This document shows positions 9,131-17,266 of a DNA stretch of 30,008 bases, in pieces (position 1 is the stretch's first letter; every line of letters starts with the position of its first letter). The position numbers and the translations under genes are program-made. Below the pieces are notes generated by a model. The model worked only from the letters and a program-made list of their open reading frames with translations. It ran no database searches and was not told the origin of the DNA. The stretch is taken from sequence record DRR723986_697. One strand, 5' to 3'.

Positions 9131-10303
9131 ATGTACCAGATTGCGCCGATGAGCGAAGACCAGGAAGCCATCAAGTCGGCCGTCGAAAAGACGCTGGAGC
9201 CGTTCGACGACGAATACTGGGGCAAAGTGGACGAGACCGGTAACTGGCCGGAAGAGTTCTGCGATGCCATGGCCAAGGGCGGCTGGCTGGGTATTGCCTT
9301 CCCGGAAGAATATGGCGGCGCGGGCCTCGGCCTTACTGAAGCGGCGCTGATGATGCAGACCGTGACCCGCACGGGCGCAGGCTATTCCGGCGCCTCCGCT
9401 ATCCACCTCAACATCTTCGGGCCGAAACCGCTGGAGAAGTTCGGCAATCCCGAACTGAAGCAGGAGAACCTGCCCAAGATCATCTCCGGCGAGGAAAAAA
9501 TGTGCTTCGCCGTGACCGAGCCGAATTCCGGCCTCGACACGTCCAGCCTCGAAACCCGGGCCGAGCGGACCAACAATGGCTATGTCATCAATGGGCGCAA
9601 GATCTGGACAACCGGCGCCCAGCGCGCCGACAAGATCCTGATCATCGCGCGTACCACGCCGAAGGACCAGTGCTCGAAGCCGCATCTTGGCCTGTCGCTG
9701 TTCTACACCGACCTCAACCGCAACCGGATTGAGGCGAACCCGATCCCGAAAATGGGCCGCAAGGCGGTGGAGTGTAACACGCTCTTCATCGACAATCTCG
9801 AAGTGCCGAAGGAGCATCTGATCGGCGAGGAAGGCGCAGGCTTCAAATACCTGCTGCAGGGCCTGAACCCCGAACGCGTGCTGTTCGCTGTGGAAAGCGT
9901 CGGCCTTGGCTTCGCTGCGCTGGAACGCGCCGCGCGCTATGCCAATGAGCGCGTCGTGTTCGGCCGGCCCATCGGCCAGAACCAGGGCATCCAGCATCCG
10001 CTCGCAAAATCATGGGCGGAGCTCTCCGCCGCCGAACTGCTCGCCTACAAGGCTGCCGGGCTCTTCGACAAGGGCGAGGATTGCGGCGCCGAAGCCAATG
10101 CCTCGAAATATCTCGGCACCGAAGCCGGCTTCCGCGCCTGCGAGACTGCGGTGCTCACCCATGGCGGTATGGGCTATGCGAAAGAATACCATGTCGAGCG
10201 CATGATGCGCGAAGCCATGCTCGCCCGCATCGCCCCCGTCAGCCGCGAGATGATCCTGAACTTCATCGCCGAACGCGTCCTGGGCCTGCCGAAAAGCTAC
10301 TAG
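9131..10303 (+). CDS. Acyl-CoA dehydrogenase family protein
   Basis: PEEYGGAG, FAVTEPNSG, INGRKIWTT, RVVFGRPIG, HGGMGYAKEYHVER motifs; SD GAGGAG. Confidence 0.95.
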   Translation: MYQIAPMSEDQEAIKSAVEKTLEPFDDEYWGKVDETGNWPEEFCDAMAKGGWLGIAFPEEYGGAGLGLTEAALMMQTVTRTGAGYSGASAIHLNIFGPKPLEKFGNPELKQENLPKIISGEEKMCFAVTEPNSGLDTSSLETRAERTNNGYVINGRKIWTTGAQRADKILIIARTTPKDQCSKPHLGLSLFYTDLNRNRIEANPIPKMGRKAVECNTLFIDNLEVPKEHLIGEEGAGFKYLLQGLNPERVLFAVESVGLGFAALERAARYANERVVFGRPIGQNQGIQHPLAKSWAELSAAELLAYKAAGLFDKGEDCGAEANASKYLGTEAGFRACETAVLTHGGMGYAKEYHVERMMREAMLARIAPVSREMILNFIAERVLGLPKSY

Positions 10304-10325
10304 GCGAGAGACCCGGCGCAGCTGG

Positions 10326-10952
10326 CTAGAGTTCGTCCGCCTTCTTCATGTGCTGGAAGAACTCTTCCTTGCTGTTTGTGCGGGGATAATCGCCTTCCGG
10401 CACCGGCACACCGAGGAAGGCACAAAGCGGTTCCCAGCCGTCCTTGGCGGAGTGCACCAGCAGCCGCTCTGCCGGGATCGCGGCTTTCACGGCCGCTTCA
10501 TGCGCGTGGAAGACCTCGATCAGCTCTTCCTTCGTCTTTGCGCCGCCGAAGCTGCGCTCCAACACTTTGGAGACCATCATGAACCATTCGGCAGCCTGCG
10601 GCGGCCAGTTCTCCGGCGCCCAGACCGTGGCGAGGATCGTCTCTGAAATGCTGCCATACCAGCTCTCGGCAGAGCGCGAAGACAGGATGATCTTCGCATC
10701 CGGATAATCGTCCGCAAGTTCCTTCCAGAACGCCGCCGAGGGCCAGTCCACGGCCGAGCTGTAGCCCTTGTAGATGGCGTCGAAGTCCGGCTTGCCGGCC
10801 AGCGCATCATTCCACAAAGGCACCTGCTTCTCGCCATTCTCGATCACTTCGATCATGTGGTGGCAGGGCCCGAGGCCCAGTTGTTCCAGCGCGAGTTTGA
10901 GGGACATCGTCCCGGTCCGGCCAAAGCCGGCACTGATTGCCTTGAGTGTCAT
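10326..10952 (-). CDS. Sulfotransferase-family P-loop protein (Sulfotransfer_4-like)
   Basis: AGFGRTGTMSLKLALEQLG, CHHM, VDWP, GWEPLCAFLGVPVP and YPRTN motifs; SD GGGAGA. Confidence 0.88.
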   Translation of the reverse strand: MTLKAISAGFGRTGTMSLKLALEQLGLGPCHHMIEVIENGEKQVPLWNDALAGKPDFDAIYKGYSSAVDWPSAAFWKELADDYPDAKIILSSRSAESWYGSISETILATVWAPENWPPQAAEWFMMVSKVLERSFGGAKTKEELIEVFHAHEAAVKAAIPAERLLVHSAKDGWEPLCAFLGVPVPEGDYPRTNSKEEFFQHMKKADEL

Positions 10953-11031
10953 ATCATTCTCCCTGAGCCCGGTTGATCCGGAACTGTTTCAACAGCGCCA
11001 GCATAATTGCCCTGCGCAAGACAGACGCGCC

Positions 11032-11886
11032 CTAGTGGCGCGGAACCCGGCCGCGGATGCGGTCAAACCCGGCCTTCACATTGGCGAAGCGTTCCATGAT
11101 CGCGGGCTCGAACTCATTGTCTGTAAAGATGTAGGGCCAGTTACCTTCGATCCCTTCACGGACCAGTTCGCCCACATAAAGCGGATCGATGCCTTGAGCG
11201 ATCGCCTGACGCGCCATCTCGGCGAATTCGGAATCCGCCATATTCGCGTCCTCCCCTGTCGTGTCGCGCGCACCGGCAAAGCGGGCCGGTACGTTACGGG
11301 CAGAATCCATGATCTTTGTCCGGATGAAGCCAGGACACAGTACAGACACGCCAATGCCACGGGGCTCCAGCTCCGTCCGCAGACCTTCGCTCAAAGCAAC
11401 GACGCCGAACTTGGTGACATTGTAAGGCGGGTTTGTGACAGGCAGGAACCCCGCGATCGATGCCGTCGAAACGATCTGTCCGCCCTCGCCATGGGCCTCG
11501 ATCAGGGGCCCGAAGATCTCGATCCCCCACACGACCGACATCAAATTGACGCCAATGGTCCAGTTCCAGCCCGCATCGGTCCACTCGCCATAGCTTCCGC
11601 CCCCGCCGACGCCGGCATTGTTGACCAGAATATCCACCCGGCCGTAGCGCTCCATCGTTGCGTCGGCGGCGGCCTGTAACTGGTCTTTCAGGGAGACATC
11701 CGCGATCACGCCGTCGACATCGGCATTGGTCTGCTTCAGCCCGCCGACCGCTTCATCGAGCGCGTCTTTCTCGATATCGCACATCATCACCTTCACGCCG
11801 GCCTGTGCCAGCGCGGTGGTGATGCCCAGTCCGATGCCGGATGCGGCCCCCGTTACAAAGGCAACCTTGCCTGCCAGATCTTTCAT
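11032..11886 (-). CDS. Short-chain dehydrogenase/reductase (SDR)
   Basis: Start moved to ATG 11886 after SD GGGAGGA; TGAASGIG, NNAG and YNVTK (YxxxK) motifs. Confidence 0.93.
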   Translation of the reverse strand: MKDLAGKVAFVTGAASGIGLGITTALAQAGVKVMMCDIEKDALDEAVGGLKQTNADVDGVIADVSLKDQLQAAADATMERYGRVDILVNNAGVGGGGSYGEWTDAGWNWTIGVNLMSVVWGIEIFGPLIEAHGEGGQIVSTASIAGFLPVTNPPYNVTKFGVVALSEGLRTELEPRGIGVSVLCPGFIRTKIMDSARNVPARFAGARDTTGEDANMADSEFAEMARQAIAQGIDPLYVGELVREGIEGNWPYIFTDNEFEPAIMERFANVKAGFDRIRGRVPRH

Positions 11887-11917
11887 GATGTCCTCCCGGT
11901 GTTCTGTTTTGCCGGGA

Positions 11918-11946
11918 AGCATGCGCCTGCCCTGCCGAACCGGCAA
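11918..11946 (-). promoter_or_regulatory. Putative sigma70 promoter of the SDR gene
   Basis: Minus strand TTGCCG-17 nt-CATGCT, about 30 nt upstream of the ATG. Confidence 0.5.
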
Positions 11947-11995
11947 GGCCAGACTAAAGGAATTTCAGAAGGCAGCCACCGCAAACCAATTCGGC

Positions 11996-14005
11996 TTACG
12001 CAACGTCGCGCTGCGATCCCTCCAGCAATTCCCGGTAAGTCGGGAAACGCTTTTCGCCGATCAGGTAGGCGTGCAGCTCATGCGCCTCCAGCGGGGGGGC
12101 ATAGAGATAGCCTTGCACCAGGCGGCACCCGGCGCTGCGGGCGACCTCCAGCTGTTCGCTGGTTTCGATGCCTTCGATGATGCACTCGATCGACAGCGAC
12201 CGGCAAAGATGCTGGATCGTTGCCACGAGGCCGAGGCCGCGGGCCGTCGTGTTGATGGCTGCGCCGAAGCTGCGGTCGATCTTCACGATGTCGAATTCCA
12301 GTTCCTGCAGGTAGCGCAGCGAGGAATACCCTGTGCCGAAATCATCAAGCGCAATCTTCAGGCCCATGAAGCGGAACTTCATGAGATTGTAGCGCGCTTC
12401 TTCCATATCGTTCAGCAGGGACGATTCCGTGACCTCCAGAACCAGACGATGGCGCACGCTTTCCGGCTCTGCCAGGATCATCGCCACCAGCGCGTCGCTG
12501 GTCTCGCGGCTGATGATGTCCTGTGCCGACAGGTTTACCGACATGGACGGCAGTTCAGGCCAGTTGCGCAGCTGGTCCAAGGCCTTGCGAACGACCACGC
12601 GGGTCAGCTGCTGGGTCATGCCCATCTTTTCGGCAATGGCCACGAATTCCAGCGGCGACACAGACCCCAGCTCCGGACTGTCCCAGCGGGCCAGCGCCTC
12701 GCACCGGGTCACCTCGCCTGCAGTGGAGTTCACGATCGGCTGGAAGACCAGTCGCAGTTCTTTTTCGAGATCGGCCTTCTTCAGCGCCTGATGCACGACA
12801 GCTTCGCGCATTTGTGTTTCAGCATGGCTGGCGGAGAATTCAATCGCCTGCCCCACCTTGTGTTCCTTGGCACGGAACAGGGCGAAGTCAGCCTGCTCCA
12901 TCAGGTCGTGGGCAGAATTGACCGGGAAGGAGCGCGAGGAATAGCCGACCGAAGCCGATACACGGCTGATATCCTTGTTCGGCAGGTGCACAGGCTCGTT
13001 CATGGCATTGACGATCTGCTGCGCGATGCGTTTGGCATCCTTCTGGCCCACGGTCTGCGGCAGGATATATGCAAATTCGTCCCCGCCGAGACGTGCGACG
13101 CTCGCCTTCTCACCTAGCACGCGTTTCAGGCGCCGGGCCGTTTCCACCAATACGGCATCGCCCGCCGTGTGGCCGAACACGTCATTGATCGGTTTGAACC
13201 CATCCAGGTCAATCAGGCCGACGACCGGAAGCAGTTTATCTGTCTTCGGATCATATGCGGCGTCAACATCGATGAAGAATTGCCGCCGGTTGGGCAGGCC
13301 GGTCAGCATGTCGGTCAACGCCATGGATTCATTCGTATTGGCCAGCTCCGATGAGCGGCGGTTCTCCGCATTGAGCCGGTTGAGCAGCACGACTGACTGG
13401 GCCAGGCGCATCTTGTACGTCCGGGATGCCAGGAAAAAGACGAGATAGGTGCCCCCCAGCTGAATGGTTGCGTAGAAATAAAACCGCTCGTTCCAGTCGA
13501 AGAACAGCAGACAGAAAACGCCGAGCGTCATGAGCAGGCACAGGCCGACCAGTCGCGGCCGGGAAATGGCACAGATTGTCGACGACGCGCCTGTGAAAGC
13601 CGTGAAGAAGGACAGGTAAAGCCGTTCCTGGCTGCTCGCATATGGCAGGAGCGTCCAGACCCAAACGCCCAGAATCAGGAACAATACGGCAGTAAGGACC
13701 TCCACCTGGAACAATTTTCTGCGCGCCTCATCCGGATACATCAGCCTTGCATTTCCGAACTTCCAGAATGCCAGTCGGACCACACTCAGGAACACGAAGA
13801 GGCACGGAACGCCCATTGTCAGGAACTCCGGCGCCTTGCCGTCAAAGGTCGCCCCGAGCGCAATCGCCGCCACGGTCAACATCAGGTAGAGCGCAGGGAT
13901 GTTCTGCGAGATCGCCCGCAGCTGTTCCATCATCACAGCTTCTTCCGGCGTGCGTGCGTTTTGAAGCATCGTCCGGTAAGTGTTGATGTTGGTTCTCTTG
14001 AGCAT
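11996..14005 (-). CDS. Membrane-bound bifunctional diguanylate cyclase/phosphodiesterase (GGDEF-EAL)
   Basis: About 6 N-terminal TM segments; TDMLTGLPNRR, DLDGFKPIND, intact GGDEF, EAL and DDFGTGYSS motifs; no RxxD I-site before GGDEF. Confidence 0.95.
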   Translation of the reverse strand: MLKRTNINTYRTMLQNARTPEEAVMMEQLRAISQNIPALYLMLTVAAIALGATFDGKAPEFLTMGVPCLFVFLSVVRLAFWKFGNARLMYPDEARRKLFQVEVLTAVLFLILGVWVWTLLPYASSQERLYLSFFTAFTGASSTICAISRPRLVGLCLLMTLGVFCLLFFDWNERFYFYATIQLGGTYLVFFLASRTYKMRLAQSVVLLNRLNAENRRSSELANTNESMALTDMLTGLPNRRQFFIDVDAAYDPKTDKLLPVVGLIDLDGFKPINDVFGHTAGDAVLVETARRLKRVLGEKASVARLGGDEFAYILPQTVGQKDAKRIAQQIVNAMNEPVHLPNKDISRVSASVGYSSRSFPVNSAHDLMEQADFALFRAKEHKVGQAIEFSASHAETQMREAVVHQALKKADLEKELRLVFQPIVNSTAGEVTRCEALARWDSPELGSVSPLEFVAIAEKMGMTQQLTRVVVRKALDQLRNWPELPSMSVNLSAQDIISRETSDALVAMILAEPESVRHRLVLEVTESSLLNDMEEARYNLMKFRFMGLKIALDDFGTGYSSLRYLQELEFDIVKIDRSFGAAINTTARGLGLVATIQHLCRSLSIECIIEGIETSEQLEVARSAGCRLVQGYLYAPPLEAHELHAYLIGEKRFPTYRELLEGSQRDVA

Positions 14006-14087
14006 GTTCTCCGCCCGTCTTGGTCTCCTCTGACTAAATGGGAAACCCTAATCTTCGATGGATTCCAGGCGCGAATTTGCGGGCCTG

Positions 14088-14105
14088 GTTAAGCATCTGT
14101 TTAAC
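14088..14105 (-). promoter_or_regulatory. CtrA-box-like site upstream of the GGDEF/EAL gene
   Basis: Plus strand GTTAAGCATCTGTTTAAC; the minus strand reads TAAA-N7-TTAAC, one mismatch to the CtrA consensus TTAA-N7-TTAAC. Confidence 0.4.
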
Positions 14106-14273
14106 ATGTTGGACTGGCGCCCGCTTTCCCGCCGGTTTATCGCGCGACCTGTTGCCGCCATTGCGCGTCATGCCGGCCAATCCGACACATCGGTGGACTC
14201 ACCCGGATGGCATGATCGCTTTGCCTGCCTCCCCCCTCTTGCCGTGGACGCGGCCCGCGCTAAAACCGCTGCC

Positions 14274-14522
14274 ATGACTGACCAGCTTCCCGACCGCCTC
14301 TGCGTCGACCCCGACAGCCCGTTCCACGATCCGGAGCTCCTCCAGAAGGAGATCGGTGTGCGCTTCAACGGCACGGAAAAAACCAATGTCGAGGAGTACT
14401 GCATCTCCGAAGGCTGGATCAAAGTCGCCGCCGGCAAGGCGCTCGACCGCAAGGGCAAGCCCCTGACCCTGAAGCTGAAAGGCCAGGTCGAGGTCTGGAT
14501 CAAGGACGCCAGCGAGGGCTGA
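14274..14522 (+). CDS. DUF3297-family small conserved protein
   Basis: 82 aa from ATG 14274; LPDRL..DPDSP, GVRFNGTEKTNVEEYCISEGWI and KLKGQVE motifs. Confidence 0.85.
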   Translation: MTDQLPDRLCVDPDSPFHDPELLQKEIGVRFNGTEKTNVEEYCISEGWIKVAAGKALDRKGKPLTLKLKGQVEVWIKDASEG

Positions 14523-14577
14523 AGCCCCTTCCGGATTCTGCCAAGTCGCCGTAAGCTCTCCTCAGGGAGGGCCCCTC

Positions 14578-15165
14578 ATGGCGATATTCATTCTCGGTCT
14601 GGTGATCTTTTTCGGCGCGCACGTCTTTTCGGCTGTGCGGTCGCGGGAACCGGGCAAGGATCTCAAGAAGAAGATGGGTTATGGGCCCTTCATGGGGACC
14701 TATACGTTCGTCTCCATCATCGGCTTCTTCCTGATCTGCGTCGGCTTCAACGAGACACGCGGCATGGGTCTGGTCTATTCCCCGCCCAGCTGGGGCAAGC
14801 ATGTCAATTTCGCCCTGATGCCGCCGGCCTTCATTCTGATCGTGGCCTCGCAGCTGCCGGTCGGCCGGATCAAGAAATGGGCGAAGCACCCGATGCTGGT
14901 CGCTGTGAAACTGTGGGCATTGGGGCATTTTTTCGCCACCGGCCAGCTGAACGCCTTCCTCCTGTTCACCGCCTTCCTCACCTTCGCCGTCTTCGATCGC
15001 ATCATGGTGAAACGCCGCGGTGATACCGGTCCTGCCCCGGATGCGCCGACGAAACTGTGGCCCGATGTGGTTTCGGTCATCGGCGGCATCGTGCTCTATG
15101 TCGCATTTGTCGGTTACCTGCATGCCGCCCTGATCGGCGTTCCGGTGGTCATGCCGGGCCGCTAG
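14578..15165 (+). CDS. NnrU-family membrane protein
   Basis: LGLVIFFGAH, KHPMLVAVKLWALGH, C-terminal LHAALIGV; several TM segments; SD GGGAGG. Confidence 0.88.
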   Translation: MAIFILGLVIFFGAHVFSAVRSREPGKDLKKKMGYGPFMGTYTFVSIIGFFLICVGFNETRGMGLVYSPPSWGKHVNFALMPPAFILIVASQLPVGRIKKWAKHPMLVAVKLWALGHFFATGQLNAFLLFTAFLTFAVFDRIMVKRRGDTGPAPDAPTKLWPDVVSVIGGIVLYVAFVGYLHAALIGVPVVMPGR

Positions 15166-15557
15166 CAGGCCCGCCAGCCAAACCGGGGCGCCAGCGCCAT
15201 TGCGGCAAGACCGATGGGGAACAGCGCTCCCTGACGGATGTCGAAGGACGCCAGGTACTCATCCAGCGGCTGACGCAACAGGCCGAGGGCAAAGCCGCTT
15301 TCGATCAGCAGCAGCACCGCAACACCGCCCAGCCCAACAGTCCAGGTGCCCGGCTGGAAACCTATCCCCTGGCCAAATCTGTATCCGAGGAAGCAGATGG
15401 CGCTGGTCACCAGCGGAAACTCCAGCCAGTGGGCCGCCGGATCCCCCAGCCATGGCATGAAAACAAATTCCCGCAGGGCGCCGAAAATGACGCCGATCAC
15501 AAAAGCAACGGCGCCATAAACCAGAGCCAGTTTCCATTTCCCATGTCGCGTCAACAT
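15162..15557 (-). CDS. Hypothetical small integral membrane protein
   Basis: 131 aa from ATG 15557 with about 4 hydrophobic segments (GVIFGALRE..P..G, LEFPL); fills the gap between the NnrU gene and panB. Confidence 0.7.
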   Translation of the reverse strand: MLTRHGKWKLALVYGAVAFVIGVIFGALREFVFMPWLGDPAAHWLEFPLVTSAICFLGYRFGQGIGFQPGTWTVGLGGVAVLLLIESGFALGLLRQPLDEYLASFDIRQGALFPIGLAAMALAPRFGWRAC

Positions 15558-15637
15558 GTGTCTGCCCCCAGATAACTTCCTTGTAATCCCAGAAGGAATT
15601 CTTGCCCGCACCTGCCGGAGCGGATAAGCCGCTGCGC

Positions 15638-16459
15638 ATGTCAAAGCAAACTGAGATCACCCGCAAGACCGTCAAGGACATTGCCAGGGCCAAGGGCGGT
15701 ACGCCGCTGGTCATGCTGACGGCCTATGACGCGCCGATGGCCGAGCTGATGGACCCGTATGTGGACATGCTGCTCGTCGGCGACAGCCTCGGCATGGTCG
15801 TCCATGGCCTGCCCTCCACCGTCGGCGTGACGATGGAAATGATGATCCTGCATGGCCAGGCCGTGATGCGCGGCTCGCAGCAGGCCTTCGTTGTCGTGGA
15901 TATGCCCTTCGGCAGTTACGAAACCAGCGAGGACCAGGCCTTCCTGAACGCGGTACGGATCATGAAGGAAACCGGCTGCCAGGCAGTGAAGATCGAAAGC
16001 GGCGCCTATGCCGCCAAGCAGATCGCCCATCTCGTCGAGCGCGGTATTCCGGTCATGGGCCATGTCGGCCTGCGCCCGCAGGCGATCAATGTCGACGGCG
16101 GCTTCCGCGCCAAGGGCCGGACCGAAACCGAACGCGAAATCGTCATCAATGAAGCCCGCGCGGCCGACCGCGCCGGTGCTTTCGCCATCGTCATCGAAGG
16201 GGTTGCTGAAGACCTCGCCGCCGAGATCAGCGCGGAAGTCAGCTGCCCCACGATCGGCATCGGCGCTTCGGCGGCCTGCGACGGGCAGGTCCTTGTTGCG
16301 CAGGACATGCTGGGCCTTTTCGACTGGGCACCGAAATTCGTCCGCCGATACGCCGACCTGCGCGCCGAGACGGAAACAGCCGTCAAAGCCTATGCCGACG
16401 ACGTCCGGACCCGTAATTTCCCCGGAAAAGCTGAAACCTACAGCCTGCGAAAACCTTGA
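15638..16459 (+). CDS. panB: 3-methyl-2-oxobutanoate hydroxymethyltransferase
   Basis: MLTAYD, LVGDSLGM, DMPFGSY, VKIE, GHVGLRPQ and IGIGA motifs; start moved to ATG 15638. Confidence 0.97.
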   Translation: MSKQTEITRKTVKDIARAKGGTPLVMLTAYDAPMAELMDPYVDMLLVGDSLGMVVHGLPSTVGVTMEMMILHGQAVMRGSQQAFVVVDMPFGSYETSEDQAFLNAVRIMKETGCQAVKIESGAYAAKQIAHLVERGIPVMGHVGLRPQAINVDGGFRAKGRTETEREIVINEARAADRAGAFAIVIEGVAEDLAAEISAEVSCPTIGIGASAACDGQVLVAQDMLGLFDWAPKFVRRYADLRAETETAVKAYADDVRTRNFPGKAETYSLRKP

Positions 16460-16478
16460 CCAGAACAGCGCTGGCACA

Positions 16479-16507
16479 TTGCAGCCAGCGGCGGCGACGT
16501 CTAGGTT
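16479..16507 (+). promoter_or_regulatory. Putative sigma70 promoter for the yfgM-like/bamB-like/der cluster
   Basis: TTGCAG-17 nt-TAGGTT. Confidence 0.5.
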
Positions 16508-16543
16508 CCCGCCAGAATTGTGAACCCCGACCGGAGCGGCCCC

Positions 16544-17266
16544 TTGAGCGACATTTTTGAAGAAGTCGACGAAAGCCTTCGCCAGGACAAGATCGAGACC
16601 ATCTGGAAGCGCTATCGCCTCTTTGTCTATGGCGGTGCGGCGCTCCTTATCGGTGCGGTCGCCCTGAATGAATTCGTGCTGCAGCCCCACTTCGCCGAAG
16701 TCCGTGCGGAAAGGGCGAAAGCCTTCGAACAGGCCGCCACACAACTGATAGACGGCGACTATACCGATGCCGAAGCCGGCTTCCGCGAACTGGTGGACGA
16801 GGAATCGAGCCTGTCGCCATTGGCAGCAAACTTTCTGGCCCAGACCCTTTATGAAGGCAGCGGTGATGCTGCTGGCGCCACCGACGTGCTGGCAGCGTCC
16901 GGCAAGGCAGACGGAACGCCCTTCGAGCGCGCCGCCTTGCTGAAGGCCGCCTATGCCAGGGCCGATACCGTTTCGCTGGCAGAATTGGAAACCCTGCTGG
17001 GCGACCTGAAAGAAGAAGAGTCCGGCCTCGGCGCCCTCGCCCGCGAACTGATCGCTGCGAAGGCCTATGCCGAAGGGGACGCCGCCCGGGCCCGGACGGC
17101 CTATAACCGGCTGAAGTTCGATGCCGCTGCGCCGCAGGGCGTCGTCCGGCGCGCCGAGATTGCCCTCGCGGCGATCCCGATCCCGGAAGAAACGGCTGTC
17201 GAGACACCTGCCGAAGCGGCAGCCCCTGCAGAGCCGTCCGAAACCACCGAGGAGACCGGTCAATGA
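16544..17266 (+). CDS. YfgM-like TPR membrane protein (DUF2659 type)
   Basis: MSDIFEEVDESLRQD..WKRY plus a single TM helix and helical periplasmic part; TTG 16544 with SD GGAG; conserved position before bamB-der. Confidence 0.85.
   Translation: MSDIFEEVDESLRQDKIETIWKRYRLFVYGGAALLIGAVALNEFVLQPHFAEVRAERAKAFEQAATQLIDGDYTDAEAGFRELVDEESSLSPLAANFLAQTLYEGSGDAAGATDVLAASGKADGTPFERAALLKAAYARADTVSLAELETLLGDLKEEESGLGALARELIAAKAYAEGDAARARTAYNRLKFDAAAPQGVVRRAEIALAAIPIPEETAVETPAEAAAPAEPSETTEETGQ

Noticed and set aside
11726-13117. 463-aa plus-strand ORF
   Set aside because: Antisense shadow of the GGDEF/EAL and SDR genes; no motifs, typical of high-GC codon bias.
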